Below the pieces are notes generated by a model that saw only the letters and a program-made list of their open reading frames with translations, was not told the DNA's origin and ran no database searches. A stretch of DNA of 34,925 nucleotides from Bacillota bacterium (GTDB taxonomy: Bacteria > Bacillota > Sulfobacillia > JAJZYS01). Below, piece after piece: positions 17,785 to 26,808 of this stretch; position 1 is the first letter of the stretch; each line of letters starts with the position of its first letter. Both the position numbers and the translations under genes were made by a program. The stretch covers positions 1 through 34,925 of the forward strand of contig JAJZYS010000003.1 in assembly GCA_021797925.1 (NCBI GenBank), read 5' to 3'.

Positions 17785-20700
17785 CGGCTGTCACCCGACG
17801 TGCCCCCGGTGGGGATGTCCCCGATCAGGGAGGCGCCGCCGCCGGTGGCGTAGACCCAGTACGCGTAGCCGTCGGCGACCGTGTCCGTGGTGTCCGACAG
17901 CGGGCTGGCCGACACCTTCAGGGTGCCGTTGGGATCCACGAGGCGGGCGATGAGGCCGTTCGTACCGGCGAGAAAGCGCGCGTACGTCTGCTGGCCCGAG
18001 AGCGACGAGGGACCCACCAGGTTCCAGCCGGGGGAGAGCGCGAGGTTCGGGGGCGGATTGAGCCTGGAGGTGGCGGAGAAGGAAAGGTTCACCGTGCCCG
18101 GACCCGCGAGATCCAGCTCGAAGCCCTGCATGGGCTCGGAGAGGAGCTGCGCCTCGTTCTGGCTCGTCACCTGGATCCACTGGCCGCCCTGGTACGCGTA
18201 CGCCGCGAGGAGGGACGCGCCCGCGTCCGAGAGCGCGGCGGCCAGGTCGGTGCTGGCGGGCACGAAGGGCAGCGACACGGTGTTCCAGCCGGGGTCGAGG
18301 ATGCGGCGCAGGGAGGTGGCCGCCGAGGTGACCGGCACGGAGGACGCGCCGGTGGCGGGCGCGTACTGGAACTGGATGCCGGCGCCGCCGACCGCCTCCA
18401 CAGCCGCGTTGAGCACCGCCACGCTCACGGTTCCCGTCCCGGGCGGGGTCGTCACGGTCAGGGTGTGATCGTCGACGACCTTGAGGTCCTGGCCCGGCGT
18501 CGCTCCGAAGAGGACTTGGACGGCGCCGGCGAAGCCGCTGCCCGTGAGGGTGACCTGGGTGCCCCCCGCGGCGGGCCCGGCCGTCGTGGAGATGGCGTCG
18601 ATCACGGGCACCGGTTCAAAGGCCACCTGGGTCACGCCGGTGAGCCCGACGGCGCCGTCGCTGTACACCGACGCGGTCACGGTCGCGGTCCCCGGCGACG
18701 GCGCCGTGAGCGTGGCCGCCACGCTGCCGTCGCCGGCCGTGGTCAGGTCGGTGTACGTGGAGCCCGTCACCGTGAACGAACCGAAGGAGGTCGTCAGCAC
18801 CACGGGCACGCCCGCCGCGGGCTCGCCGTCGGAGTCCTGGACCACCGCGCTCACACGGGCCGATCCGGTGCCCACGGCCACGTCGGGCGGCTGCGCGCCG
18901 ACGCTGACGGCCCCGAGACCGCCGCTGCCATGGCCCGTCCGATAGAGGAACTGGTCCTGGCTCGAGGTGGCGCTGAAGCCGCCCGAGTATCCCACCTGAA
19001 CGTTCACGGTTCCCGCCGCGTCGCCCAGCACGCCCAGGCCGGAGGGCGCCACCGCCTCGATGGTCGTGGGATCGACCACCGTGACGTCCTTCGCCGTGGC
19101 GCACGGGCCGCCCGACAGCGCGCAGAACTCGACGGGGGGCGGGGTGAGCAGGTACAGCTTCTGGCCCGCGGGGCAGGCCGCGGAGCACGGGATCGGCGTC
19201 TGGGCGTCCTGGAAGTTGGAGCCGGTGATGGTCACCTGCACCCCGCCGGTGATGGGCCCCGACGCGGGGGAGACCCCGGTGACCGTGGGCGGTCCCGTGG
19301 GAGGCGAGGCCACTTCGGGACGGCAGTTGCCCGCCGCCGACCCGGTGACGTCGTTGAATACGGTGACCGGCGAGACCGCGCTCCAGCCGCTCTGGGCGTA
19401 GACGCTCACGTAGACGGTCTCGGGACTGGAGACCGGCGGCGCGCACGCCAGGATCTCGTGGTCGTTGACCACCCGGAAACTCGTGGCGGGGGCGAAGGGC
19501 GGAAGGGAGTTAGCCGCGCCGGCGAGCGCCTGCGCGTACAGGGCGGGGTTGTCCGCGGGATCGGGCGCCCCGAACCAGACCTGGCTGACGCCGGTGAAGC
19601 CCGACCCGGTGACGGTCACCAGTTCTCCTCCTCCGGTGGGGCCCGACGACGGGCTGAGCCCGGTCACCGTCGGGCCGCTGGAGGAGGCCAGCTGCGCGAC
19701 GGTGAGCTGGCAGCTGCCCGTGCACACGTCGGCGCCGCCGGTGTCCTTCACCACGACCTTGTATGTTCCGGGCGAGAGCGCCGGCACCGTGGCGGTGATC
19801 GCGGTGTCGGTCACCGCCGAGACGTTGCCGAGGTCGGTGCACGCCCCTCCGCCGGCGGGGCACAGCTCCGCGGCCACCGGGCCGCTCCAGAACCCGCTGC
19901 CGGTGATGGTGATGTCCGCTCCGCCGTCACTGGAGACGGCGCTCGGCGTCACCGCCGAGATCTCGGGCGCCTTGACCTGGAACATCAGGGTGTCCCAGCG
20001 GGAGTCGAGCCAGATGGAGGTCGAGATGGGGTTGTTCACGTCGTCGAGGTCGGCCTGCGTCGCCGTCTCCACCGTGGAAGCGGCGGTGTGGGAGGACTCG
20101 TAGCTCACGCCCAGGGTGCTGCCGCTCAGCACGGACGAGCTGTAGCTGACGGACGTGCCCGCGCCCCCGAGATCGTCCTCGAAGGGGATGTTCACCGACG
20201 CCTCGACGCTGCTGGTGAGCACGCTCTCCACGGAGGACTCGAAGGTGGAGGTCTGGGTGGTCGTGTTCGTCTGGGATTGGGACTTGGTCAAGGTGACGAT
20301 GTAGTGGCCGTTGGTCCCGATGCCCGGCTGGCCCTGGGAGACGGTCTGGATCGGCGTCGCGAGGCCGCCCAGGGTCGTCGAGGGGTCGACCCCCTGCGAG
20401 CGCGCCGCCGCGAACGGGTCCATGTCGAGCAGGTTCTGGCATTCCGATGGTGACAGGACGACGCGCGCACCGCCGTAGTTGCCCGGGACGGGCAGCGGAT
20501 AGCCGTGGGTGCAGTGCAGCAGGGTGAAGGCGGGCACGTCGAACTGGGTCGACTGCGCCCCGATCATGGTGTACTGGGTGCCGGGATTCTGGCAGTTGCC
20601 GGCGCTGTCACACCAGCTGTTGTTCCACACCGCAAACTGCGGGTGCACGAGGAGCACGAACTGGTCGAACATCCACGGCTGCGTCCCGGGCGTGTCCAGC

Positions 20701-22769
20701 TGGAGCAGGCCCCCCCCCGAGTAGTTCTCGTAGCTCTTCCACGACTGCCCGAAGCCGCTCTCCAGTGCCAGGGCGTGGCCCACAGTCGCCTCCTGCGAGG
20801 TCGTGCTGCTCGTGGTCTGGTCCCAGGTCGTGGTATCGGTCACGCAGACGATGCATCCCAGCCCCGGAACGTCCCCGAAGCTCGCCTGCACGGAGGTGGA
20901 GAGCTGGGTGGAGGTCGCGGCGGTGTTGGACTGGGAGTGGCCCACGGTGAAGTCGGTCTCGCTGGTCTGCGTCTGGGTGAGCGAGAAGGACGAGGAGCTC
21001 TGGTCGCCCGGGGGCTGGTAGAGGATCTTGTACGGCAGCACCCCGAGCTGGACGAGGGCGGTGGGCGCGCGGAACTCGAAGAATCGCTCGCCGGTGTCGA
21101 TGGGGTAGAGCGTGCCCTGGGTCTGCACGCTGCGCTCGAGGACGACGACCCACGACGCCATGGGCGTGGGGAACGTGATGGAACCGTCGGCGGTCTGACC
21201 GCTCGTCACCGAAAGGTTCGTCGCCTGCACCAGGGTCCCGCACTGGGTGCCGCCGTCGAATGTGACCCCCTGGCCGGGGTTCGTCCCGCTGCCCGCGCTC
21301 ACGGCGGTGTTCTGGCACGCGCTCACGAAGCTCTGGTTGTACGCGATCGGCTGCGTCAGCACCATGAAGCGGCAGATCGCGCCGCTGGCGGCCCCCGAGG
21401 CGGCGGAGCAGCTGACGGGCACCTGGGTCATGGGCGAGGTGGTCGCCTCCGTCGGCGCCCCGAGCTGCTCGTAGTCCAGGGGGTTCCCCTGGGCGTCCTT
21501 GGTGGACTGGGGAACGATGAACCCCTGGGTGTAGGGCTGGCTCCCGGAAGTCCCGGTCGCGGTGATCGACGCGGCCGGCTTCGTGCCGATGGCGAGCCCC
21601 GGCGGCACGAACGGGGCCTGCGGCTGGAACTTGCTGATCGCCAGCTGCGGCGCGGCCGTCGACGGCGGGGCCGCGGAGCCGAAGTAGAAGGTCGGGGAGG
21701 TGCCGGTGAACGTGAGCGCGGAGTAGGTCTGGCTGGGAACGACGGACACCGTGACCGCGTCCCCGTGGGAGGTGGCCGCGGGGTTGGTCACGTCGCGGAT
21801 GGTGACGTGCACCACCTGCCCTCCCGGGAGCAGGGCGTCGCCCGGCAGGTTCAGATAGGCGCTCGAGGGGTCGGCCTGATACACGGACGTGGGTGCGATG
21901 GCGAGCGAGCCGTCCTGGATGGTGTAGTCGGCGGCTTGCCCGGGGAAGGCGGCACCCGCCTCGTCGGACAGGATGATCTGGCTGGAGGTGCCCGCGATGT
22001 TCCCGGGAGCGAGAAAGGAGACGTTCCAGGTCGTCCCCACGGCCTGCGCCGCCGACGTCGACGGCGCCGCCGCCACGTCGGGCACGGTCAGGGCCACCCC
22101 CTGGTCCGGTTCGCCGAACCTGAGGACGCCCGTCGCGACGGGAAGTCCCGGCGAGGTCACGGTCACCGTGTCCGCGAGGGGAGTCGAGCTGAACGCGTTG
22201 CTGAGCGGGTTGGTCATCCCGCTGATCGCCAGCGTGCCGGTGTCCGGGAAGTCCGTCTGGTCGGCGGAGGTGAGGCCGCCGAAGGCGACGTAGGTGACCC
22301 CGGCCAGGGAAAAGCGCTTCGAGCCGGTGAGCGTCTGCGTCTGTCCGCTCACCTGCAGGGTCAGGACGTAGTCGGCCGGATCGGCGGGAAACTGCGAGAT
22401 CGCGCTGTCGGTCACGGACTCGAACACGAAGACCCCGGCGTCGCCGTATTTCTGGATACACGCGGCGAAGGCCTTGAGCTCTTCGTACCGCAGGGTGGTA
22501 CCGACGGGTGCCGTCACGGGATACGCGGCGCCGCAGAGGCTCGCGGCGCCGTGGACGTGAACGGCGACGGGGGCTTGCTCCAGCGTCCACGTCACGCCCT
22601 TGACGCCCGAGATGTACGTGGTCGCCGTGGCGACAAGCTGCCCCGTGGTGCCGGCGGCGGCGGGCGGCGGTGCGGACAGCGCCATCGACACGAGGCCCAG
22701 CAGTGCCGACACGACGCCGAGCGGCCGCCACCCGCCTCGGCGCCCGCGAATCCTGACATGATCGCCCAA
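17781..22769 (-). CDS. Large secreted multidomain protein (1662 aa): Ser/Thr-rich core, four IPT/TIG repeats, Big_1, C-terminal tandem GWN domain
   Basis: AAGGAGG RBS 7 nt before TTG; signal peptide; repeated PTVTG.SP.SGP..GG..VT.TGS.F motifs; PGWNTVSLP and PGWNLVGP...GYAYWVY; 4-nt overlap with the SLH gene. Confidence 0.85.
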   Translation of the reverse strand: MGDHVRIRGRRGGWRPLGVVSALLGLVSMALSAPPPAAAGTTGQLVATATTYISGVKGVTWTLEQAPVAVHVHGAASLCGAAYPVTAPVGTTLRYEELKAFAACIQKYGDAGVFVFESVTDSAISQFPADPADYVLTLQVSGQTQTLTGSKRFSLAGVTYVAFGGLTSADQTDFPDTGTLAISGMTNPLSNAFSSTPLADTVTVTSPGLPVATGVLRFGEPDQGVALTVPDVAAAPSTSAAQAVGTTWNVSFLAPGNIAGTSSQIILSDEAGAAFPGQAADYTIQDGSLAIAPTSVYQADPSSAYLNLPGDALLPGGQVVHVTIRDVTNPAATSHGDAVTVSVVPSQTYSALTFTGTSPTFYFGSAAPPSTAAPQLAISKFQPQAPFVPPGLAIGTKPAASITATGTSGSQPYTQGFIVPQSTKDAQGNPLDYEQLGAPTEATTSPMTQVPVSCSAASGAASGAICRFMVLTQPIAYNQSFVSACQNTAVSAGSGTNPGQGVTFDGGTQCGTLVQATNLSVTSGQTADGSITFPTPMASWVVVLERSVQTQGTLYPIDTGERFFEFRAPTALVQLGVLPYKILYQPPGDQSSSSFSLTQTQTSETDFTVGHSQSNTAATSTQLSTSVQASFGDVPGLGCIVCVTDTTTWDQTTSSTTSQEATVGHALALESGFGQSWKSYENYSGGGLLQLDTPGTQPWMFDQFVLLVHPQFAVWNNSWCDSAGNCQNPGTQYTMIGAQSTQFDVPAFTLLHCTHGYPLPVPGNYGGARVVLSPSECQNLLDMDPFAAARSQGVDPSTTLGGLATPIQTVSQGQPGIGTNGHYIVTLTKSQSQTNTTTQTSTFESSVESVLTSSVEASVNIPFEDDLGGAGTSVSYSSSVLSGSTLGVSYESSHTAASTVETATQADLDDVNNPISTSIWLDSRWDTLMFQVKAPEISAVTPSAVSSDGGADITITGSGFWSGPVAAELCPAGGGACTDLGNVSAVTDTAITATVPALSPGTYKVVVKDTGGADVCTGSCQLTVAQLASSSGPTVTGLSPSSGPTGGGELVTVTGSGFTGVSQVWFGAPDPADNPALYAQALAGAANSLPPFAPATSFRVVNDHEILACAPPVSSPETVYVSVYAQSGWSAVSPVTVFNDVTGSAAGNCRPEVASPPTGPPTVTGVSPASGPITGGVQVTITGSNFQDAQTPIPCSAACPAGQKLYLLTPPPVEFCALSGGPCATAKDVTVVDPTTIEAVAPSGLGVLGDAAGTVNVQVGYSGGFSATSSQDQFLYRTGHGSGGLGAVSVGAQPPDVAVGTGSARVSAVVQDSDGEPAAGVPVVLTTSFGSFTVTGSTYTDLTTAGDGSVAATLTAPSPGTATVTASVYSDGAVGLTGVTQVAFEPVPVIDAISTTAGPAAGGTQVTLTGSGFAGAVQVLFGATPGQDLKVVDDHTLTVTTPPGTGTVSVAVLNAAVEAVGGAGIQFQYAPATGASSVPVTSAATSLRRILDPGWNTVSLPFVPASTDLAAALSDAGASLLAAYAYQGGQWIQVTSQNEAQLLSEPMQGFELDLAGPGTVNLSFSATSRLNPPPNLALSPGWNLVGPSSLSGQQTYARFLAGTNGLIARLVDPNGTLKVSASPLSDTTDTVADGYAYWVYATGGGASLIGDIPTGGTSGDSR

Positions 22770-23090
22770 TGGCCTTCCTCCTTGTTAAGGTAGAGGTGCC
22801 GCCGCGGTCGCGGCGCCTTCGAGAGGGATCCGGGTCGATGCTCGCCCCTGCGGCGGGGTGTCGGCGGTCGCGAGCGGGAGGATCGGTCTTCCTCCCGGGC
22901 CGCTCGCACCCGGCTGCTCCAGGACTGCGTCACCTTGCGCGCCGGGGCGTGAACCGCCGGCGCGGGGTGTCACCGCGACCTCAGTGGGGACAGGCCGGTT
23001 CCAGCCTGCTCCTTCTATTCATACCGCTCCGGCGTCTCCGCGGCGGCACAGGCGCATCTCTTCGGCGTCACACGTGCCATCGACAGCACA

Positions 23091-23117
23091 GCGGCCGACG
23101 TCGTCGACGTCGGCCGC
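23091..23117. repeat. Perfect 27-nt palindrome between the regulator and the large-protein gene (terminator or operator)
   Basis: GCGGCCGACGTCG-T-CGACGTCGGCCGC, 20 nt past the regulator stop. Confidence 0.55.
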
Positions 23118-23137
23118 GAAACGCGCGATGAACCTTG

Positions 23138-26100
23138 TTAGCCTGTGCGGTCCGCCGGTTGCAAAGGGCCGTCCCCCGCGGGCTGCGCCTTCCACCGCCC
23201 GGGAGGCAGCGCCGCGTGGGCGTCCGCCCAGCGCAGCCCCGTACGGTGCAGGAGCCGCACCGCGTGGCTCGCGTGGTGGCTGCGCGCGGCGGGCGTGGGG
23301 GCGAGGTGGGAGAGGACCGCGTGGCAGCGCGCCAGCTCCGGCAGCGCGCCGATGGCCTCGGCTTCCGCCAGCGCCGCCTCGATCAGGCGCACGGCGCGAT
23401 CGCGCTCGCCGGTGACGGCGGTGCACAGCCCCAGGGCGCGACCGCACAGCGCGATGTCGTAGCGGACGTTGTCCCGTCGGGCCTCGGCCAGGGCCTCCTC
23501 GGCGGCGAGGCGTCCAGCGCGGGCGTCGCCGGCGCTGAGCCTCGCCAGCGCCAGCATGCCCCGGGCGTGGGGCACGAAGATGCGGGTGCCGGCCTGCCTG
23601 GCCAGGGCGAGGGCGTGCTCCTGCACCCGCAGCCCGCGCTGCACGTCGCCCGTGCGCACCAGGGCCAGTCCGTACGGCACGGCGGCCAGATAGCTCAGGT
23701 ACGGGAAGCCGGTCCGGCGCGAGAGCAGCCGGGCCTTGCGGCCGCTGGAGCGGGCCTGGGGCCACGCCCCGCGGATCCCCGCGGCGATGGCCCGAAAGGC
23801 GTGCACGTACGCGAGGTGCAGCTCCTCCCCCGCCCGGCGCTCCTCCAGCCAGTCGTACAGCGTGGAGGCGAAGTGGAAGTTGCCGCGGGCCACCTGCACG
23901 ATGCCGATGGTCACCATGGCCACGGTGGCGTCCAGCACGTTCCGCGCCGCCTCGTGGAGCGAGCCGGCCTCGGCCAGCACGGGCAGGGCCAGCTGGAAGT
24001 TGCCCTGCATGGCCTCGCCCAGGCCCTGGGCGAGGAGGCCCGCCGCCCGAAGCCGTTCGTCCGCCAGCGTCTGGGCGGCGGCGACGACCCGGGCACCGCG
24101 GTGGGCGGCCTCGCGGTAGCGTCCCTCGTAGAAGTCGAGCCGGGCACAGGTGGCCGCGACGCCCGCCTCGATGCGGGCGTCGCGAATGGCCCTGGCCTCG
24201 TGGCGGGCGTCGTTCAGGAACACGTGGGCCTCGGCGGGCCGCACGTAGAGCGCGGCGGTGGCGAGCTCCAGCCGGATGGCCGCCCTCCTGGCGAGGACCC
24301 CGGGGGTCGGCGCCAGCTCGTCGCTCAGCGTGAGCGCCTGCTCGAGCAGGGAGACCGCCCCGCCGAGAAACGCCGCGCCGCGGGCGGCCGTGGCGGCCCT
24401 GAGCAGCCAGTCCAGCGCCTCCTCTCGGACCCCGCCCGCCGCCGCGTGCAGGGCGGCTGCGCCCATGTCGGGCCAGGACGCCTGGCGGGCGGGCACGCCC
24501 GAGGGAAGACCGCCCGTCCGCCCCGTCGCCAGGTCCCGCGCCAGCACCCGGAACGCCGCCCGGTGCAGCATCGCGCGGCGGGTATCGCTCTGCGCGGCGA
24601 GGACCCAGCGCCTTAGGACGTCGTGGCGGAAGTGCACCATGGGGCGGCCCCACGGGTCGCTGCGCTCCACCACCAGGCCGATGCGCTCAAGGTCCTCGAA
24701 CGCGTCCACCGCCTCCGCCTCGCTCAGTCCGGCGACCTGGCGCGCCGCCTCGAGGTCCACGCCGCCGTCGAAGACGGCCAGCGCCCCCGCCAGCCGGCGA
24801 CCGGTCGCCGGCAGGTGGCCCAGGCGGTCCGCCAGGGCGCGTTCCACCTGTGACGGCGCGCCCGTCGGGGGCAGGCCCTGGGCCAGGGCGGACAGGAGCT
24901 CGGTCGCCAGCAGGGGATTTCCGCCCGTTTCCCGGTAGAGTTCCTCCAGGGCGCGCTCGTCCCGTGCCCCCACGATGTGCTGGGCCAGCTGGCCGACGCC
25001 GGCGAGGGAGAGGGGCGACAGGTCTACGCGGGAGAGACGACCCGAGCGACGCAGCGAGGCGAACAGCCGCCCCAGGCTCGGCGCGTCGGCGTCGCCGCGC
25101 GTGGTCGCCACCACGGCGAGGCCTCGCTGGCCGGGAGCGGCCGCCGGTTCGAGGAGCATCCGCAGCGAGTCCTCGTCCCCGAACTGGATGTCCTCCATGG
25201 CGACCAGCACCGGTGCCGGGACGGCATTGAGCGCCCGTCGCATCGCCTGCAGCAGGCGCATCCGCTCCACGAGGGGAGGCAGGGGCCCGGGCGCAGGCAC
25301 GTCGGGGCGCTCGTGGAGGATGTCCGGGAGGATCCGGGCCAGTTCCGAAAGCCAGACGTCGGGCAGGGCTCCGGGGGCGCTCAGCGTCGCGATCAGCGGT
25401 TCCAGGGCTTCCGCGAGCACGGCGAAGGGCAACTCGCGCAGGCTCTCGCGGCAGCGCACCCACAGCATGGTGTCGTAGCGCGTGCCCGCGGCGGCGACCG
25501 CCTCGCCCAGCAGCCGGCTCTTGCCGATCCCGGCCTCGCCCGCGAGGAGCACCACCTGCGCCTCGCCGGTCGCGGCGGCACCCAGGATCCGGGTCACGCG
25601 CGCGAGTTCCGGTCCGCGCTCCACCAGCGGCGCCTCGGCCAGCGCCCTGGGCAGGGGCCGCACGGTCGGCTGCACGGCGGACCGGCCCTCTCCGGCGCGC
25701 CCCCGGCCGGCGATGCGGGCCCGCAGTTCCTCCGTCTCGACCGAGGGATGCACGCCCAGCTCGCGCCGGAGCAGTTCCCGGCAGGTCGCGTACTGGGTGA
25801 GGGCGGACGCTCGGTCCCCCGAGGCGGAAAGCGCCTGCATGAGATAGCGGTGGAACCGCTCCTGAAAGGCGTCCACGGATAGGGCCTTGCGGGCGCTCAC
25901 GGCCAGCGCGGACCACGCCCCCACGGCGGCCTGCGCGGCGCACAGGTCCTCGAGAACGTCGAGGAAGCGCGTCTCCCACGCCGTACGCTGCTGGGCGAGC
26001 CACGACTCGAACGCGTCGCAGCCGGAAAGCGTGAACCCCTCCAGGAACGGTCCCCGCCACTGGGCGGCCGCGAGCTCGAGCGACTGGGCCCGGGCCTCGG

Positions 26101-26443
26101 GCCCGGACGCCGCGCGGGCCGCGTCCACGTGCCTGGCGAAGGCGACCGTGTCCACCCGGATGTCCTGGGCGGGCTGCCAGCAAAGCTCGTCCGCCGAGGC
26201 GCCAATCGGCCACTGGGGCAGGGCCGCGCGCAGCCGGCTCAGGGTCACGGCCAGACTGTGGCGCCCGGCGGCGTCGCCCGTACCCTCCCACAGCAGGGCC
26301 ACCGCGGCGCTGCGGGCGATGCGACCGGTGGGCTGGGAGGAAAGCAGGGCGAGGAGGGCCGTTCCCTTGCGCGGAAGGCGTGCGGGGGTTTGGGTGCCCA
26401 CATCGACGCTCGCGGGGCCCAGAAGTCGGATCCACATGGCCAA
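23138..26443 (-). CDS. SARP/AfsR-like regulator: wHTH + BTAD + AAA ATPase + TPR-like repeats
   Basis: IRLLGP..LLALL, WRGPFLEG...FESWL, E.FHR.LM.AL...G.R..AL.QY..L..ELGV.PS; Walker A GEAGIGKS; Walker B VAMEDIQ; T.GNPL; alanine-rich helical repeats. Confidence 0.9.
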   Translation of the reverse strand: MAMWIRLLGPASVDVGTQTPARLPRKGTALLALLSSQPTGRIARSAAVALLWEGTGDAAGRHSLAVTLSRLRAALPQWPIGASADELCWQPAQDIRVDTVAFARHVDAARAASGPEARAQSLELAAAQWRGPFLEGFTLSGCDAFESWLAQQRTAWETRFLDVLEDLCAAQAAVGAWSALAVSARKALSVDAFQERFHRYLMQALSASGDRASALTQYATCRELLRRELGVHPSVETEELRARIAGRGRAGEGRSAVQPTVRPLPRALAEAPLVERGPELARVTRILGAAATGEAQVVLLAGEAGIGKSRLLGEAVAAAGTRYDTMLWVRCRESLRELPFAVLAEALEPLIATLSAPGALPDVWLSELARILPDILHERPDVPAPGPLPPLVERMRLLQAMRRALNAVPAPVLVAMEDIQFGDEDSLRMLLEPAAAPGQRGLAVVATTRGDADAPSLGRLFASLRRSGRLSRVDLSPLSLAGVGQLAQHIVGARDERALEELYRETGGNPLLATELLSALAQGLPPTGAPSQVERALADRLGHLPATGRRLAGALAVFDGGVDLEAARQVAGLSEAEAVDAFEDLERIGLVVERSDPWGRPMVHFRHDVLRRWVLAAQSDTRRAMLHRAAFRVLARDLATGRTGGLPSGVPARQASWPDMGAAALHAAAGGVREEALDWLLRAATAARGAAFLGGAVSLLEQALTLSDELAPTPGVLARRAAIRLELATAALYVRPAEAHVFLNDARHEARAIRDARIEAGVAATCARLDFYEGRYREAAHRGARVVAAAQTLADERLRAAGLLAQGLGEAMQGNFQLALPVLAEAGSLHEAARNVLDATVAMVTIGIVQVARGNFHFASTLYDWLEERRAGEELHLAYVHAFRAIAAGIRGAWPQARSSGRKARLLSRRTGFPYLSYLAAVPYGLALVRTGDVQRGLRVQEHALALARQAGTRIFVPHARGMLALARLSAGDARAGRLAAEEALAEARRDNVRYDIALCGRALGLCTAVTGERDRAVRLIEAALAEAEAIGALPELARCHAVLSHLAPTPAARSHHASHAVRLLHRTGLRWADAHAALPPGRWKAQPAGDGPLQPADRTG

Positions 26444-26759
26444 TCAACCACCCGTGCCTCAGGGGCCAGCGTGACGACCCGCGAAGATGACCGGGACCCA
26501 AGGCCTCTACGCGTCCTGGGCGGGGCCGGCACACCGTCAAACTCGTGGACCAGGATCTGGCGGCCGAGGCGTTGTGGCTCCAGCACTTCGATGGCGACGA
26601 AGGCGTGTCCTTCCGAGCGGGCGAGAATCGAGCGTTCGCGGCCGCGAACCGTTTGGGCAGCGGCGAGCGCGAGCGCTCGCGCGGGGGCGATTGCGCCCCT
26701 GCACCTTCGCCCATTCACTGCCACTGGCCGGAGCCGGTGGCGCCAAACGCGCCTGACGC

Positions 26760-26787
26760 TTGGCGGATGGCGGCCGCGACGTATAAT
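26760..26787 (+). promoter_or_regulatory. Putative sigma-A promoter for OLE RNA-oapA-dxs
   Basis: TTGGCG-N16-TATAAT; a perfect -10 box in very GC-rich DNA about 20 nt before the OLE 5' stem. Confidence 0.6.
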
Positions 26788-26808
26788 AGAGATGAACGAT
26801 CGACGAGC

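Noticed and set aside
14536-26808. Mobile element or prophage interpretation of the insert
   Set aside because: No integrase, transposase, phage genes, tRNA target or flanking direct repeats were visible
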